Positions 1 to 7,174 of a stretch of 20,000 bases of DNA are shown here, piece after piece. Position 1 is the stretch's first letter; every line of letters begins with the position of its first letter. Position numbers and translations under genes: made by a program. The notes beneath the pieces are model-generated. The model saw only the letters and a list, made by a program, of their open reading frames with translations, was not told where the DNA came from and did no database searches. This DNA is from an uncultured virus (IMG/VR IMGVR_UViG_3300025261_000058) (lineage: Duplodnaviria; Heunggongvirae; Uroviricota; Caudoviricetes): IMG/VR virus record IMGVR_UViG_3300025261_000058; one strand, written 5' to 3'.

Positions 1-457
1 TGAGCAGTTTCCGAGCTGCGTTTTGTCCCGTTTCGTTCAGGTGGAAACCGGGAACCGTGTCGCTCCACGTTGCCTCAATCTGTTGCAGCGAATCCTCGTC
101 GATCGCCTTCAGCCCGTCGCGCCACTGAAGCATCATTTCCAGTTGTTCGCGGCGCTCGTTCAGTTCCTCGAGCTGCTGACGCTGCTTGGCGACGACTGAA
201 TCATCTGACAGTAGGCGGTCAGACTTGCCGCTGTTGCAGTCAAAGCAGGAGGTGATGTAATTCATCATGTCGTCGTCGCCGCCCTGGCTGACAGGGTGGA
301 TATGGTCGACGTTCAGAACCACTTCAGGAGCGCACTTGCCGCAGTATTGGCATTTGAAGGAATCGCGCTTGAAAACTTCGAAGCGAGTCTTTTTCCCAAT
401 AGCCTTGCGCTTTGTCGCCTTGCCACCATCAACTACTTTCAGTGCCTCGCCCATCAT
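1..457 (-). CDS. HNH endonuclease-domain protein (3' end off window; absent from ORF track)
   Basis: Manual translation: MMGEALKVV...RFEVFKRDSFKCQYCGKCAPEVVLNVDHIHPVSQGG..NYITSCFDCNSGK (CxxC, DH, N, CxxCN); GGGGAA RBS upstream. Confidence 0.88.
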   Translation of the reverse strand, partial: MMGEALKVVDGGKATKRKAIGKKTRFEVFKRDSFKCQYCGKCAPEVVLNVDHIHPVSQGGDDDMMNYITSCFDCNSGKSDRLLSDDSVVAKQRQQLEELNERREQLEMMLQWRDGLKAIDEDSLQQIEATWSDTVPGFHLNETGQNAARKLL

Positions 458-609
458 CACTTCCCCTTGATCATTCTGACCAGCGACACACAGAGCATGT
501 GGGCCTGCTGTTGTTTCGATTGCTTGGTCTTCAGATGGCCGATGTTCCGCGCCATCTCAAGTTGACGCTCCTGCTCGGGCGTCTTCGTCGACAGGAGATC
601 GCGCTTCAT
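457..609 (-). CDS. Small phage hypothetical protein (50 aa)
   Basis: MKRDLLSTKTPEQERQLEMARNIG...MIKGK; start and stop overlap neighbouring genes. Confidence 0.65.
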   Translation of the reverse strand: MKRDLLSTKTPEQERQLEMARNIGHLKTKQSKQQQAHMLCVSLVRMIKGK

Positions 610-695
610 CCAATCACCCCGATCAGTTCACCAACGGTCCACACGATCACGACGCAGATCCAGACCGTCGAGCAGAACAACAAGAACGCTTTCAT
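606..695 (-). CDS. Small hydrophobic (single-TM) protein, 29 aa
   Basis: GGAGGG RBS before ATG 695; MKAFLLFCSTVWICVVIVWTVGELIGVIG; stop coupled to next ATG. Confidence 0.5.
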   Translation of the reverse strand: MKAFLLFCSTVWICVVIVWTVGELIGVIG

Positions 696-776
696 TCCAC
701 CCTCCAGGCGGGACCGGTTAGTCGGTATTGCTACCTTCGAATCTGCTGACTGAAAAATTGACCGGTACATGGCGCT

Positions 777-796
777 AAAAAAACGGCTTTCGCCGC
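777..796 (-). terminator. Intrinsic terminator in the pR operon (tR-like)
   Basis: Minus strand CGGC-GAAA-GCCG followed by T7. Confidence 0.6.
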
Positions 797-833
797 GGTT
801 GTCGATTTGCTTCATGTCCGGTCTCTTTATCCG

Positions 834-1007
834 CTATGCGTCCGAAGTCGGTTCAGGTTTTTCGGTCGCTACGATGTGCAATGCCTGCGTCAACCTCCGA
901 TCACCGGCCGCCTGCATTGCCACCGCTTGTTGAACGTCTCCAGCCCCCTTTGCTACTGCGTCTGCGAATGCTGCTCTGCAGATCTCTCTTGCGTCCTCAT
1001 ACTTCAT
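834..1007 (-). CDS. Phage hypothetical protein
   Basis: MKYEDAREICRAAF...; ATG overlaps the stop of the CII-like gene. Confidence 0.6.
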   Translation of the reverse strand: MKYEDAREICRAAFADAVAKGAGDVQQAVAMQAAGDRRLTQALHIVATEKPEPTSDA

Positions 1008-1375
1008 GCCACCTTCTTGCCCATCTGGGCCTGCCACTCTTCCATCAGGTTCAATGAGACCTTTCGGACGAGGTATTGAGTGATTGCCCGATTGCCGACA
1101 GCCGCCTCGAACGCTGCGATCTTGTCTGCCGGTAACGAGCGCCGGCGCTGCCCTTTCGGATTGACTTCATCGCTGCTGAGGTAATCCGAAAGATGCTGGG
1201 GAAGCAGCTCGCAGACTTCTGCGAGGCGAGCTTTCGTCATGCCCTTGATGCGGCGATTGCTCCACGCCAGCAGAACGGCATCACGAAAACTGGCGCACGC
1301 CGCAATCTCACTGCTGGGCAGAAAGCCCGAGCCGTTGACTGCGCCGCCCATCATCTGAAGTTCTTCGCTGTTCAT
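1004..1375 (-). CDS. CII-like HTH transcriptional regulator
   Basis: HTH-like MTKARLAEVCELLPQHLSDYLS; located directly downstream of cro. Confidence 0.7.
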   Translation of the reverse strand: MNSEELQMMGGAVNGSGFLPSSEIAACASFRDAVLLAWSNRRIKGMTKARLAEVCELLPQHLSDYLSSDEVNPKGQRRRSLPADKIAAFEAAVGNRAITQYLVRKVSLNLMEEWQAQMGKKVA

Positions 1376-1477
1376 AGTTGAAATTCAAATCGCTAACCTG
1401 TTGCGTAACCTGTCAGCGGTAGGGCCAAATAAGAGGCGGCTCAGGCCACCTCTAACTAAGAAAAATCAATGAATCGT

Positions 1478-1765
1478 TTAAATCACCGCTCGAGCCTGTT
1501 TCGTACCTTTGTTAGTCCCGCCGACCGGGGGCTGACTGTCGTCGCTCGCGGCATACGAGTCGATGCCATCGCCCCACAGATCAGGGCGAAGCTCCGCGAG
1601 AGTGAAACGTGGATCAGCTTCGACAAGGTCTTTGCAGAGTTTGGCGCCAGGCTTACGTCCCGGTCGCGTGCAAAGATAGAGGTACTCGACCGACCTGCCG
1701 ATCTTCGCGGCAAGCGCACGGCGCTCGTCAGGCTTGGTAGTGAGGAACCACGTTCGAAGATCCAT
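1478..1765 (-). CDS. cro: Cro/YdaS-like HTH regulator
   Basis: ALAAKIGRSVEYLY HTH and ELRPDLW motif; divergent from cI. Confidence 0.85.
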   Translation of the reverse strand: MDLRTWFLTTKPDERRALAAKIGRSVEYLYLCTRPGRKPGAKLCKDLVEADPRFTLAELRPDLWGDGIDSYAASDDSQPPVGGTNKGTKQARAVI

Positions 1766-1798
1766 TTAGTCAGCACCGAGAAATCATGTAGTGCTGTC

Positions 1799-1827
1799 AG
1801 CATAGATCAAAACGATGTGCGACTCAA
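1799..1827 (-). promoter_or_regulatory. pR-like sigma70 promoter
   Basis: Minus strand TTGAGT-17 bp-TATGCT upstream of cro; overlapped by an operator at 1803-1821. Confidence 0.7.
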
Positions 1828-1881
1828 GCTTTTTGCTTTGCTAAATCAAATCTTTTTGCACGTTGATCAAAATGATTGATC
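1803..1881. promoter_or_regulatory. OR operator cluster
   Basis: Sites at 1803-1821, 1845-1863 and 1863-1881 resemble the OL motif AGCAAATC-N4-TGATCTA; CAAATCTTTTTGC is identical at 1847 and 3063. Confidence 0.7.
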
Positions 1882-1891
1882 CCGTCATCAT
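1863..1891 (+). promoter_or_regulatory. pRM-like promoter, likely giving a leaderless cI mRNA
   Basis: TTGATC-17 bp-CATCAT, then 7 nt to ATG 1899; no SD sequence. Confidence 0.5.
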
Positions 1892-1898
1892 TCGCACC

Positions 1899-2657
1899 AT
1901 GAAAACGGTGAAAGAGATCCGGTTAGAGAATGCGCGCGCGCTCGCACACGAGGGCCCGGCCGAGTTCGCGCGTCGAATAGACAGCAGCACGCAGCAGGTC
2001 AATCAGTTCATGGGGCCGTCGCCGACTCGCAACATCGGCGACAAACTGGCGCGCCGTATCGAGGGGGCGTTTGGCAAGCCAGAAGGGTGGCTTGACGTCG
2101 AGCACATAACCGGCAGCGCCGATGCATCAATCAGCGGAACAAGGTCAGCCGTACTCGAGAAATTGCTGCCAGAAGGAAGCGGTAACTTAGTCACATGGGA
2201 GACCCCGGAAGATCTCGAGCCCGACGACGACCGGGTGTGGATCGACCGTTATGACTATCGTTACTCAGCGGGGAATGGCGTGATTCAATGGGAAGTACGA
2301 CAAAAAAAGGCGCTGCCGTTTGATATCGGTTTCTTCAAGGCCCTTGGTGTGCGCCCACAGGATTGCAGGTTGGCCCAGGTTCACGGTCGGAGCATGGAGC
2401 CGTATCTGTTCAATAAAGACATGATGATGATTTGCATGGCGAAGAACCGGGTGAAGGACGGTCTGATTTACGCCGTGACGTTTCAGGATGAACCGCTGGT
2501 GAAGCAGATCTTTAAGGAGCCGGAGGGCGCTCTGAGGCTGCATTCCTACAATCCAGAGTTTCCCGACAAGATCATCGCCGCGGACCAGCTGGAAGGGCTT
2601 CAGATCGCCGGAGAGGTTGTGTATCGATCCGGTTCAGGCTTGGCCGGCGGTAATTAA
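1899..2657 (+). CDS. cI: CI-type prophage repressor (HTH + S24 autopeptidase)
   Basis: N-terminal HTH (AEFARRIDSSTQQVNQF..RNIGDKLARRIE); SAGNG cleavage-site motif, GRSMEP serine, VKQI lysine. Confidence 0.95.
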   Translation: MKTVKEIRLENARALAHEGPAEFARRIDSSTQQVNQFMGPSPTRNIGDKLARRIEGAFGKPEGWLDVEHITGSADASISGTRSAVLEKLLPEGSGNLVTWETPEDLEPDDDRVWIDRYDYRYSAGNGVIQWEVRQKKALPFDIGFFKALGVRPQDCRLAQVHGRSMEPYLFNKDMMMICMAKNRVKDGLIYAVTFQDEPLVKQIFKEPEGALRLHSYNPEFPDKIIAADQLEGLQIAGEVVYRSGSGLAGGN

Positions 2658-2730
2658 GACCGCTAAAAACCACAAATACGGGGTAGCCGATGGCGGTCGA
2701 TCTGACTGACCATCTTTGCAGCACTGAACG

Positions 2731-2752
2731 ACCCGGCCTCGGCCGGGTTTTT
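2731..2752 (+). terminator. Intrinsic terminator after cI
   Basis: ACCCGGC-CTCG-GCCGGGT followed by a T-run. Confidence 0.8.
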
Positions 2753-2952
2753 CATTTCCGCCTCTGCTCGAAGCCCTCCCGCCATAACGTAGCACCGACC
2801 GACGTCAACACGGCCAGGTCGTCTCCCCCGAATCTCTCCCAGTTCTGCGCAAGCCAGCCTGCGAAGCCGGCGCACGCGTAGTCAATCGGTACGTCTGCTC
2901 GGCCCTCGACGTTCAATCGCTCGAAAACCGTTATCACGTCGTCTGCGGTCAT
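2752..2952 (-). CDS. Small accessory protein (66 aa) between cI and pL
   Basis: Strong GGAGG RBS; converges on the cI terminator. Confidence 0.7.
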   Translation of the reverse strand: MTADDVITVFERLNVEGRADVPIDYACAGFAGWLAQNWERFGGDDLAVLTSVGATLWREGFEQRRK

Positions 2953-3002
2953 CTCAGCCTCCTAGTACCCACCTTCAGTCTAGACGGCGATCCCTCTATC
3001 TG

Positions 3003-3115
3003 AGCAAATCTTTATGATCTATTGAAGCTATGCAGGCGATAGAAATAATTGTTCGCTCCGAGCAAATCTTTTTGCGACATAGCGCTTGGCAAAGCAAATC
3101 AAATTGATCTATGAT
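3003..3115 (+). promoter_or_regulatory. OL operators and pL-like promoter
   Basis: AGCAAATC-N4-TGATCTA at 3003-3021 and 3093-3111, variant at 3061-3079; TTGGCA(3086)-18 bp-TATGAT(3110). Confidence 0.7.
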
Positions 3116-3161
3116 TCTCTCCATACCGCAACACAACGCAACGACGGAGAAGGGGATTGAA

Positions 3162-3368
3162 ATGAGCCCGAACAACCTTAATGCATTCCGCGCGATTGAC
3201 GAAGTCTTCGACGGAACTTTCATGTTGACGTTTGGCGGCCCGCTCGACGCACCGGAGATGATTCCGAACGGCTCGATGGTCGCGCATGAATGCCACACGA
3301 TCCTCGCCGGTTCAGCACTTCGCTTGGGCGCGCACAACAAACCGTGCATATCGTTCCAGGTGCGCTAA
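3162..3368 (+). CDS. First pL-operon gene, hypothetical (68 aa)
   Basis: AAGGGG RBS before ATG 3162. Confidence 0.65.
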   Translation: MSPNNLNAFRAIDEVFDGTFMLTFGGPLDAPEMIPNGSMVAHECHTILAGSALRLGAHNKPCISFQVR

Positions 3369-3370
3369 CA

Positions 3371-3420
3371 GGTCGAAACCGCTTCGGCGGTCTGAGCGTA
3401 AGGCGCTCACTGACGAGACC
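3371..3420 (+). ncRNA. Type II hammerhead ribozyme; predicted cleavage after C3392
   Basis: GGTC-GAAA-CCGC(TTCG)GCGG-TC-TGAGCG(TAAGG)CGCTCA-CTGACGA-GACC: complete core (CUGANGA, GAAA, GUC) with three perfect stems. Confidence 0.95.
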
Positions 3421-3440
3421 GTGAATTACCCGCAGTAGAA

Positions 3441-4068
3441 GCACCCGCCCCGGCAGAGCCGGATCGCGGTTTGGGTCTTTAAGCGTAATCGGAAAGATAA
3501 ACGGACGTGAAACAGTCGTCCAGACACGTTGGTGTCCCTCCCTTGGCCTGGCTCGGAGGAAGAAGAAAGAGCCTGAAACGAGGACAGATGATCCTCAGAT
3601 GCGAAAGCATCGCCCAGCACACCGTGGCGCGGTAACGGGTGCAAACCATGCGGGATCGGGAGACAGACTGGTCCCGCATGTGTAGCAGTTTTTCTGAGAG
3701 AGCCGCTGAGCTCCCGTCACAGACTGAGTATCCGCCGTTAGTAGCCGCATAGATCCGTGGTCCCCCATAACCCGGTAGCGCCGAACCCGGCTCGAAGGTC
3801 TCCCTGATAGCAACAGCGCTCTCTCAGAAACACTGCACCGAAATTGCACCCAGGTAGATGGACATCAAACTCCATCGGTGTGTGCGACTCGCTGGCGGAC
3901 GAGTGATAAAGACTTCGCCTCCACACCCTTTGAAGCGCGGGCCTGGCAAGCTGTGGATAGGGTCACGAGAACGGTTCTACGCCAACGAACGCCGGATACG
4001 TAACCGGCACGAATTCTGAGTCCCCTAGCCGCGGCCGATTCGCTGAGTCGGCGGCGGTTAGGTGATTC
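3441..4068 (+). ncRNA. Tandem structured RNA domains of unknown family
   Basis: Nested closing stems at 3441/3642, 3647/3680, 3685/3836, 3850/3946, 3991/4008 and 4018/4068, with GU pairs; no credible ORF. Confidence 0.7.
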
Positions 4069-4112
4069 TCACATGATGGCATTCAGTACAACTTATTTCA
4101 TCGGGATTTGAA

Positions 4113-4448
4113 ATGGCGATGACGTCGCTGATGGCGTCGCTAAAGAGATTGGAGGCTGATATGAAGATGATCGAGAAAGCTGTAGCGAGACAGGATGACG
4201 AGGCTGATGACGACATTGAGGAAGCTCGCGAAATCCTCAAGTCATTAATCGAGAACATCCGGGCGGATGGGCATTACTCGATAGAGGCAACTTGTACCTT
4301 TATCCAACAGGCCATGAACTGCCTTCCCATGACCACTGATATCCGGCCGATAAGCATCGATCTTGATTCTCCGCGCAGGGTTGTATTGGTTTTCAGAACC
4401 GCTGCCGATGCCGAAGCGTGGATCGCTAGTCAAGAGATTGGAGGTTGA
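4113..4448 (+). CDS. Hypothetical protein
   Basis: 111-aa ORF; stop adjacent to next RBS/ATG. Confidence 0.65.
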   Translation: MAMTSLMASLKRLEADMKMIEKAVARQDDEADDDIEEAREILKSLIENIRADGHYSIEATCTFIQQAMNCLPMTTDIRPISIDLDSPRRVVLVFRTAADAEAWIASQEIGG

Positions 4449-4449
4449 G

Positions 4450-4947
4450 ATGAAGGGTAATCAATCAGGTTTGGCTCGTGATGAGGCGAGTGTGGACTTG
4501 CCCTTAGAGCCGAAGCGCCACGATTACGTCGCAGATGCTGTGCGATTCGGCGAGTGCGAGCAATGCGCGAAGCGCGACAACCTGCACCCGTTGGGCGGCG
4601 CTATGGTTTGCGGCGGTTGTTCGCAAGCCAGCTATCTCTCTGAATGGCAGGACTATGCAGCGCAACTGCGCGCCCTTCTCGTCAAATCTAGCGCAGCCAC
4701 TGTTAGCGATGCCGCGAGTGCAGAGCCAGCCGTAAATGTTGGAACACTGACCGCGGAAGAACTGCGATTCGTGGAGCTTGTGCGCGATAACCCAGGGTGC
4801 AAGCTGAATAGTGGCGAAGCATGGACCGAAACCGGGCCGCTATGGACACGGCTCGAAGCAATGAGCTTGATCGAATGTGTGGGGTCATATAAATGGCGCA
4901 TCAATATCGCCGAACTATGTGCCCGCGCCGCATCTTCAGGAGGCTGA
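4450..4947 (+). CDS. Modular phage early protein with CxxC..CxxC module
   Basis: GGAGG RBS, ATG 4450; CEQC/CGGC; carries LARDEA and SSAATVSDAAS linkers. Confidence 0.75.
   Translation: MKGNQSGLARDEASVDLPLEPKRHDYVADAVRFGECEQCAKRDNLHPLGGAMVCGGCSQASYLSEWQDYAAQLRALLVKSSAATVSDAASAEPAVNVGTLTAEELRFVELVRDNPGCKLNSGEAWTETGPLWTRLEAMSLIECVGSYKWRINIAELCARAASSGG
4671..4720 (+). repeat. Direct repeat copy 1 (partner 12981-13030)
   Basis: 46/50 identical, including an exact 34-mer TCTAGCGCAGCCACTGTTAGCGATGCCGCGAGTG. Confidence 0.95.
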
Positions 4948-5013
4948 AATGCTCGACCTCATAGCAACTCTCAAGCTGGCTTACCTGGCAGATACGCAGG
5001 GTAGGAGTTAATC

Positions 5014-5241
5014 ATGAACGAAATCAAAGATGGTGGCCCGGCGTTTCCGTGCGACGAGCAGATCAGGGATTCGATGATTTATCAGCCTGAGCCCGGTATG
5101 ACGCTGCGTGACTACATGGCGGCGAAGGCGATGCAAGGAATCTGCGCCCATCCCGATACATGGGGATTGCGCATTCACGAGATCACCGAGCACGCGTACG
5201 ACATTGCCGACGCCATGCTACGCGCCCGAGGCCAATCATGA
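5014..5241 (+). CDS. Conserved phage protein (GGPAFP..GMTLRDY.AAKAMQ type)
   Basis: Recurrent phage motif; AGGAG RBS. Confidence 0.85.
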   Translation: MNEIKDGGPAFPCDEQIRDSMIYQPEPGMTLRDYMAAKAMQGICAHPDTWGLRIHEITEHAYDIADAMLRARGQS

Positions 5242-5426
5242 ATTGGCAACAAGACATGACCATCATCGACGGCAGACTGTACGCGGGCGACAGGTGGCTG
5301 GGCAGTTTCTCATCCCACTCTGCGGCGATGGCTGGCATTCAGATCATGCGCAACGGCAGCAGCGATGTTGAGCTTGCTGAGGATGACCGCGATCTTCTCG
5401 CGGCGATTGATGCGGACGAGGTTTGA
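5238..5426 (+). CDS. Phage hypothetical protein
   Basis: ATGA coupling; MNWQQDMTIIDGRLY... Confidence 0.7.
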   Translation: MNWQQDMTIIDGRLYAGDRWLGSFSSHSAAMAGIQIMRNGSSDVELAEDDRDLLAAIDADEV

Positions 5427-5427
5427 G

Positions 5428-5589
5428 ATGTTCTACACCGACTTCGGATTCCGGGCCTGCGTGCCGAGAGTCTCCAACTACATCCTGACGTTCGCGCGGC
5501 ACTTCGACGTCTATTCCAATTCACGGCTGGTCATGTCTGTGGACTACAGCCAAATCGCGTGGTGCTTACATGAAACCTTTCGACCTTGA
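5428..5589 (+). CDS. Small hypothetical protein
   Basis: GAGG RBS, ATG 5428, fills the operon gap. Confidence 0.5.
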   Translation: MFYTDFGFRACVPRVSNYILTFARHFDVYSNSRLVMSVDYSQIAWCLHETFRP

Positions 5590-5920
5590 AGCCGCCAAGC
5601 GTGGTGAGCCTGTTTGGGTGCGCGCCGACAAGCACAACCCTTGGTATGAGCACGCGTGGTTTGTCGGAGTGACAAAGACCGGGCGTCCGATTATCGAATG
5701 GCCAGATGGCGAAGTTCGATCAGTCAGTAACGCCGGCGAGCGGCTTTGCATGGCACCCCGCAAAAAGACGGTGTATGTGAACGTCTACGACATGCGCCTT
5801 AATTCATACGCGGGCAACAGCGCTGCAACGTTCGATAGCGAAGCTCTGGCACGCGACAACGCTGACCGCAACGGAGTTGGGATGCTAGCGGTTGCTGTGC
5901 CAATTGAGATCGGGGTGTGA
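5570..5920 (+). CDS. Phage protein (MKPFDLEAAK.GEPV type)
   Basis: Recurrent phage N-terminal motif; L.MAPRKKT.YVNVY. Confidence 0.8.
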   Translation: MKPFDLEAAKRGEPVWVRADKHNPWYEHAWFVGVTKTGRPIIEWPDGEVRSVSNAGERLCMAPRKKTVYVNVYDMRLNSYAGNSAATFDSEALARDNADRNGVGMLAVAVPIEIGV

Positions 5921-5921
5921 C

Positions 5922-6455
5922 ATGACCGACAAGACAGACAGCCGGTTAAACACCGATGCCGCTTCAAGGGCGTTCGAAGAATCGAAATACTACTTCACCG
6001 GCGAAAGCCCGGTGCGTCGCGTCGAAGATTGGCGGGTGTGGATCGACGCGTGGAACGCCGCACTATCTGCCAGCCAGCCGAAAGCACTACCGAATCTCGC
6101 CGTCTGGTACGGATCCATGCCCGAGAGCAACGGAAAAACGAACTGGACAGCGATCTTACACGCAGGCGAGATCTGGAAAGGAATCACGATCGACCGCTCA
6201 GAATACCCAGATCGCGTGCGCTATGAAGCCGATCGCATGCGCTGGATGATCGGCGAACTGGAACAACAGCCGTCCATTCTTGACTACGACGCGGACAAGC
6301 ATAGCGGGTATGTGTCGCCTGTCAGCCAGCCTAAAGCGCTGACGGACGAAAAGATCGACGCCGCGATCCTTGAATGGTTTTCATACGAGCGCAATCAGGA
6401 CGATTTTCGAGCCCGCATGCGCGCTGCAATCATTGCTGCCACGGAGGCCAAATGA
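5922..6455 (+). CDS. Modular phage early protein
   Basis: Central VWYGSMPESNGKTNWTA module flanked by a duplicated SQPKAL linker. Confidence 0.8.
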   Translation: MTDKTDSRLNTDAASRAFEESKYYFTGESPVRRVEDWRVWIDAWNAALSASQPKALPNLAVWYGSMPESNGKTNWTAILHAGEIWKGITIDRSEYPDRVRYEADRMRWMIGELEQQPSILDYDADKHSGYVSPVSQPKALTDEKIDAAILEWFSYERNQDDFRARMRAAIIAATEAK

Positions 6456-6571
6456 ACGCCTGTTATTTCGCTCTGGGCGCATGGTGTGGCGCCGTTACGG
6501 TGTGCATCCTGTTCATCCGCGGCGCCAATCCGCCAGAGCGAGTCGATAGACGTATGGAGTGTGAGCAATGA
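6452..6571 (+). CDS. Small hydrophobic protein
   Basis: GGAGG RBS, ATGA coupling at both ends. Confidence 0.55.
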   Translation: MNACYFALGAWCGAVTVCILFIRGANPPERVDRRMECEQ

Positions 6572-6702
6572 AACCCGCAATCGACGACTGGATCGAATTC
6601 ACCCGCGCATCGATTGACGAGCAGTTGGCTGAGATTGCGGCGAAGGATGAGGCCGCGTGGCAGGTCTTCCGAGCCAAGCTGTTTGAAGCGCTGGATCAAT
6701 AA
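6568..6702 (+). CDS. Small hypothetical protein (44 aa)
   Basis: Manual translation MKPAIDDWIEFTRAS...; coupled start. Confidence 0.6.
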   Translation: MKPAIDDWIEFTRASIDEQLAEIAAKDEAAWQVFRAKLFEALDQ

Positions 6703-6714
6703 CGGAGAGTTGGA

Positions 6715-6954
6715 ATGAGCCAATTTAACGAAGAACAACTGAAAGAACTCGAAGTCGTCTTCGGCCTGAAGCGAGAAGAAAGTTTGCCGGTGCGCGACGG
6801 GCGCGTGACACGAGATTCGATGGTCTGGTGGCGCGGATCGAAGGGACCCGAGCAAGTGCGGGCTGATAGCGGAACGCACTGGCACAACATCAGTTCCTTC
6901 CCCGATGTCTATCAGTTGAAGCAACCGGTGTATCGCGTCGAGTACTTCGATTGA
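6715..6954 (+). CDS. Phage hypothetical protein
   Basis: GGAGAG RBS, 79 aa. Confidence 0.75.
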   Translation: MSQFNEEQLKELEVVFGLKREESLPVRDGRVTRDSMVWWRGSKGPEQVRADSGTHWHNISSFPDVYQLKQPVYRVEYFD

Positions 6955-6963
6955 TTCCCCGAA

Positions 6964-7156
6964 GCCAGCGCGGCACAAACAGCGCCTAGCACCGGGTGGG
7001 ATGCCCGGGCCTTGAGTGATGGTGATTGGCCTCTAAGGGTTGTACCGGCGAGCCAATGTCCCCTTAAGAGGACTGCCAGTCGCTATCGCTCAGGGCAAAA
7101 GCGGATTCTGCGCGGAAGGCAGTACGAGTAAGCGCAGTGCAGCGAGTAGCTCTGGC
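6964..7156 (+). ncRNA. Structured intergenic RNA
   Basis: 22-bp uninterrupted stem 7009-7030/7075-7096 with 5 GU pairs; hairpins 6992-7008 and 7108-7137; closing stem 6964/7156. Confidence 0.7.
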
Positions 7157-7174
7157 AAATTATCAGGAGTCCAT

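Noticed and set aside
70..753. Plus-strand ORFs in the track at the left end
   Set aside because: They are shadows of the coupled minus-strand pR genes, including the HNH gene
696..815. Long version of ORF 606-815
   Set aside because: It runs through a terminator-like hairpin, and a better RBS precedes ATG 695
3783..3792. GAACCCGGCT resembles the RNase P RNA 3' conserved region
   Set aside because: The partner GAGGAAAGUCC motif is absent; likely coincidence
3426..3926. Short minus-strand ORFs across the RNA cassette
   Set aside because: No convincing RBS or protein-like features; dense + strand RNA structure explains the region better
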